From Actinomycetota bacterium (lineage in GTDB: Bacteria > Actinomycetota > Acidimicrobiia > Spongiisociales > UBA5794): a stretch of DNA of 46,588 nt. Positions 46,195 to 46,588 of this stretch are shown here, one piece after another; position 1 is the first letter of the stretch; each line of letters opens with the position of its first letter. The notes under the pieces were generated by a model. It was not told the origin of the DNA. It made no database searches and was given only the letters and a program-made list of their open reading frames with translations. The stretch covers positions 1-46,588 of the forward strand of contig JASJYA010000001.1 in the NCBI GenBank assembly GCA_030125685.1, written 5' to 3'. The position numbers were made by a program, and so were the translations under genes.

Positions 46195-46469
46195 CCCGGT
46201 GGAATCTGGCTCTGCTGTGCGAACAAGTCCACGAGTTCAGGAACAGCGACCGGCGCGTCATCAAGAGCGTCAACAAAGCGGGAGAACTCTTCACTGCTGA
46301 GAACCACCGGCTGATACTCAGCGATCACCGACCGGGCACGCGTGACCGCGCTCTCTTCGACAAATGCTGTCTTGGACGTTCCCAACAAGGTTGCTGCCTC
46401 GCGCACAAGTGCGTCGCTGTGAGCCTTCACGCGGAAGTTCCATCTGCTGTCGCGTTGTTCAACCGTCAT
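46191..46469 (-). CDS. DUF1778 (RHH) antitoxin (TacA-like)
   Basis: 92 aa with the N-terminal RWNFRVKAHSDALVREAA ribbon-helix-helix pattern typical of DUF1778. GGAG lies 7 nt upstream of the ATG. Confidence 0.8.
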   Translation of the reverse strand: MTVEQRDSRWNFRVKAHSDALVREAATLLGTSKTAFVEESAVTRARSVIAEYQPVVLSSEEFSRFVDALDDAPVAVPELVDLFAQQSQIPPG

Positions 46470-46491
46470 GCAGTACTCCGAATCGATGTAA

Positions 46492-46506
46492 GTACATTGT
46501 ACGTAC
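46492..46506. promoter_or_regulatory. overlapping palindromes GTACA-T-TGTAC and GTACGTAC upstream of the antitoxin gene (candidate TA operator)
   Basis: Read directly 23-37 nt upstream of the DUF1778 ATG, in a locally AT-richer stretch. RHH antitoxins typically autoregulate through such palindromes. Confidence 0.4.
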
Positions 46507-46588
46507 GATTAGGGTTCAATGTCAACGCCCCCATTGGAGCCCCTGAAGTGGCACTTGCCAAGCCTGATGTGTCCCAGGCGTGTCCCAA

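Noticed and set aside
46569-46587. The direct repeat GTGTCCCA-N3-GTGTCCCA at the right edge.
   Set aside because: There are only two copies, and they are cut by the window boundary, so the context cannot be judged.
1-46588. A mobile element, prophage or genomic island spanning part of the window.
   Set aside because: I recognised no integrase, transposase, tRNA attachment site or terminal inverted repeats. Only the Mut7-C/TA corner looks mildly accessory.

Overview
The window is GC-rich and gene-dense. It has strong third-position GC bias, so many long antisense shadow ORFs appear. I support 44 CDSs and found no rRNA, tRNA, CRISPR array, transposase or integrase. The gene content looks actinobacterial: mycothiol S-conjugate amidase Mca, a CofC/FbiD-like gene, a RamB-like regulator divergent from aceB-aceA, and several Cys-lipobox lipoproteins. 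Most of the window is core metabolism:
- dtd and a CPA2 antiporter with an RCK partner
- a nucleoside/ribose salvage operon
- the glyoxylate shunt
- a large beta-oxidation-type cluster (two adjacent ACADs, MaoC, thiolase, several SDRs, QOR)
- pruA, pyk, an amino-acid ABC importer and a ChoD-like GMC oxidoreductase

The less ordinary content is:
1. Tandem heptanucleotide (period-7) arrays fill nine intergenic spacers, and some units are shared between distant loci. No annotated feature type explains them.
2. An operon couples two paralogous P-loop GTPases to an MscS channel. It lies downstream of mca and a Cas4-like Fe-S nuclease.
3. Two tandem VanW paralogs carry C-terminal PASTA domains.
4. 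An ABC importer operon lacks an ATPase gene. It is instead translationally coupled to a CofC-like nucleotidyltransferase, a PIG-L deacetylase and a saccharopine-dehydrogenase-like gene.
5. A Mut7-C RNase gene appears to start at a non-canonical ATC codon.
6. A GNAT/DUF1778 toxin-antitoxin pair has palindromic operator candidates.

The ORF track counts GTG and TTG as starts and often over-extends N-termini. I refined starts where a Shine-Dalgarno sequence and a family-typical N-terminus agree.
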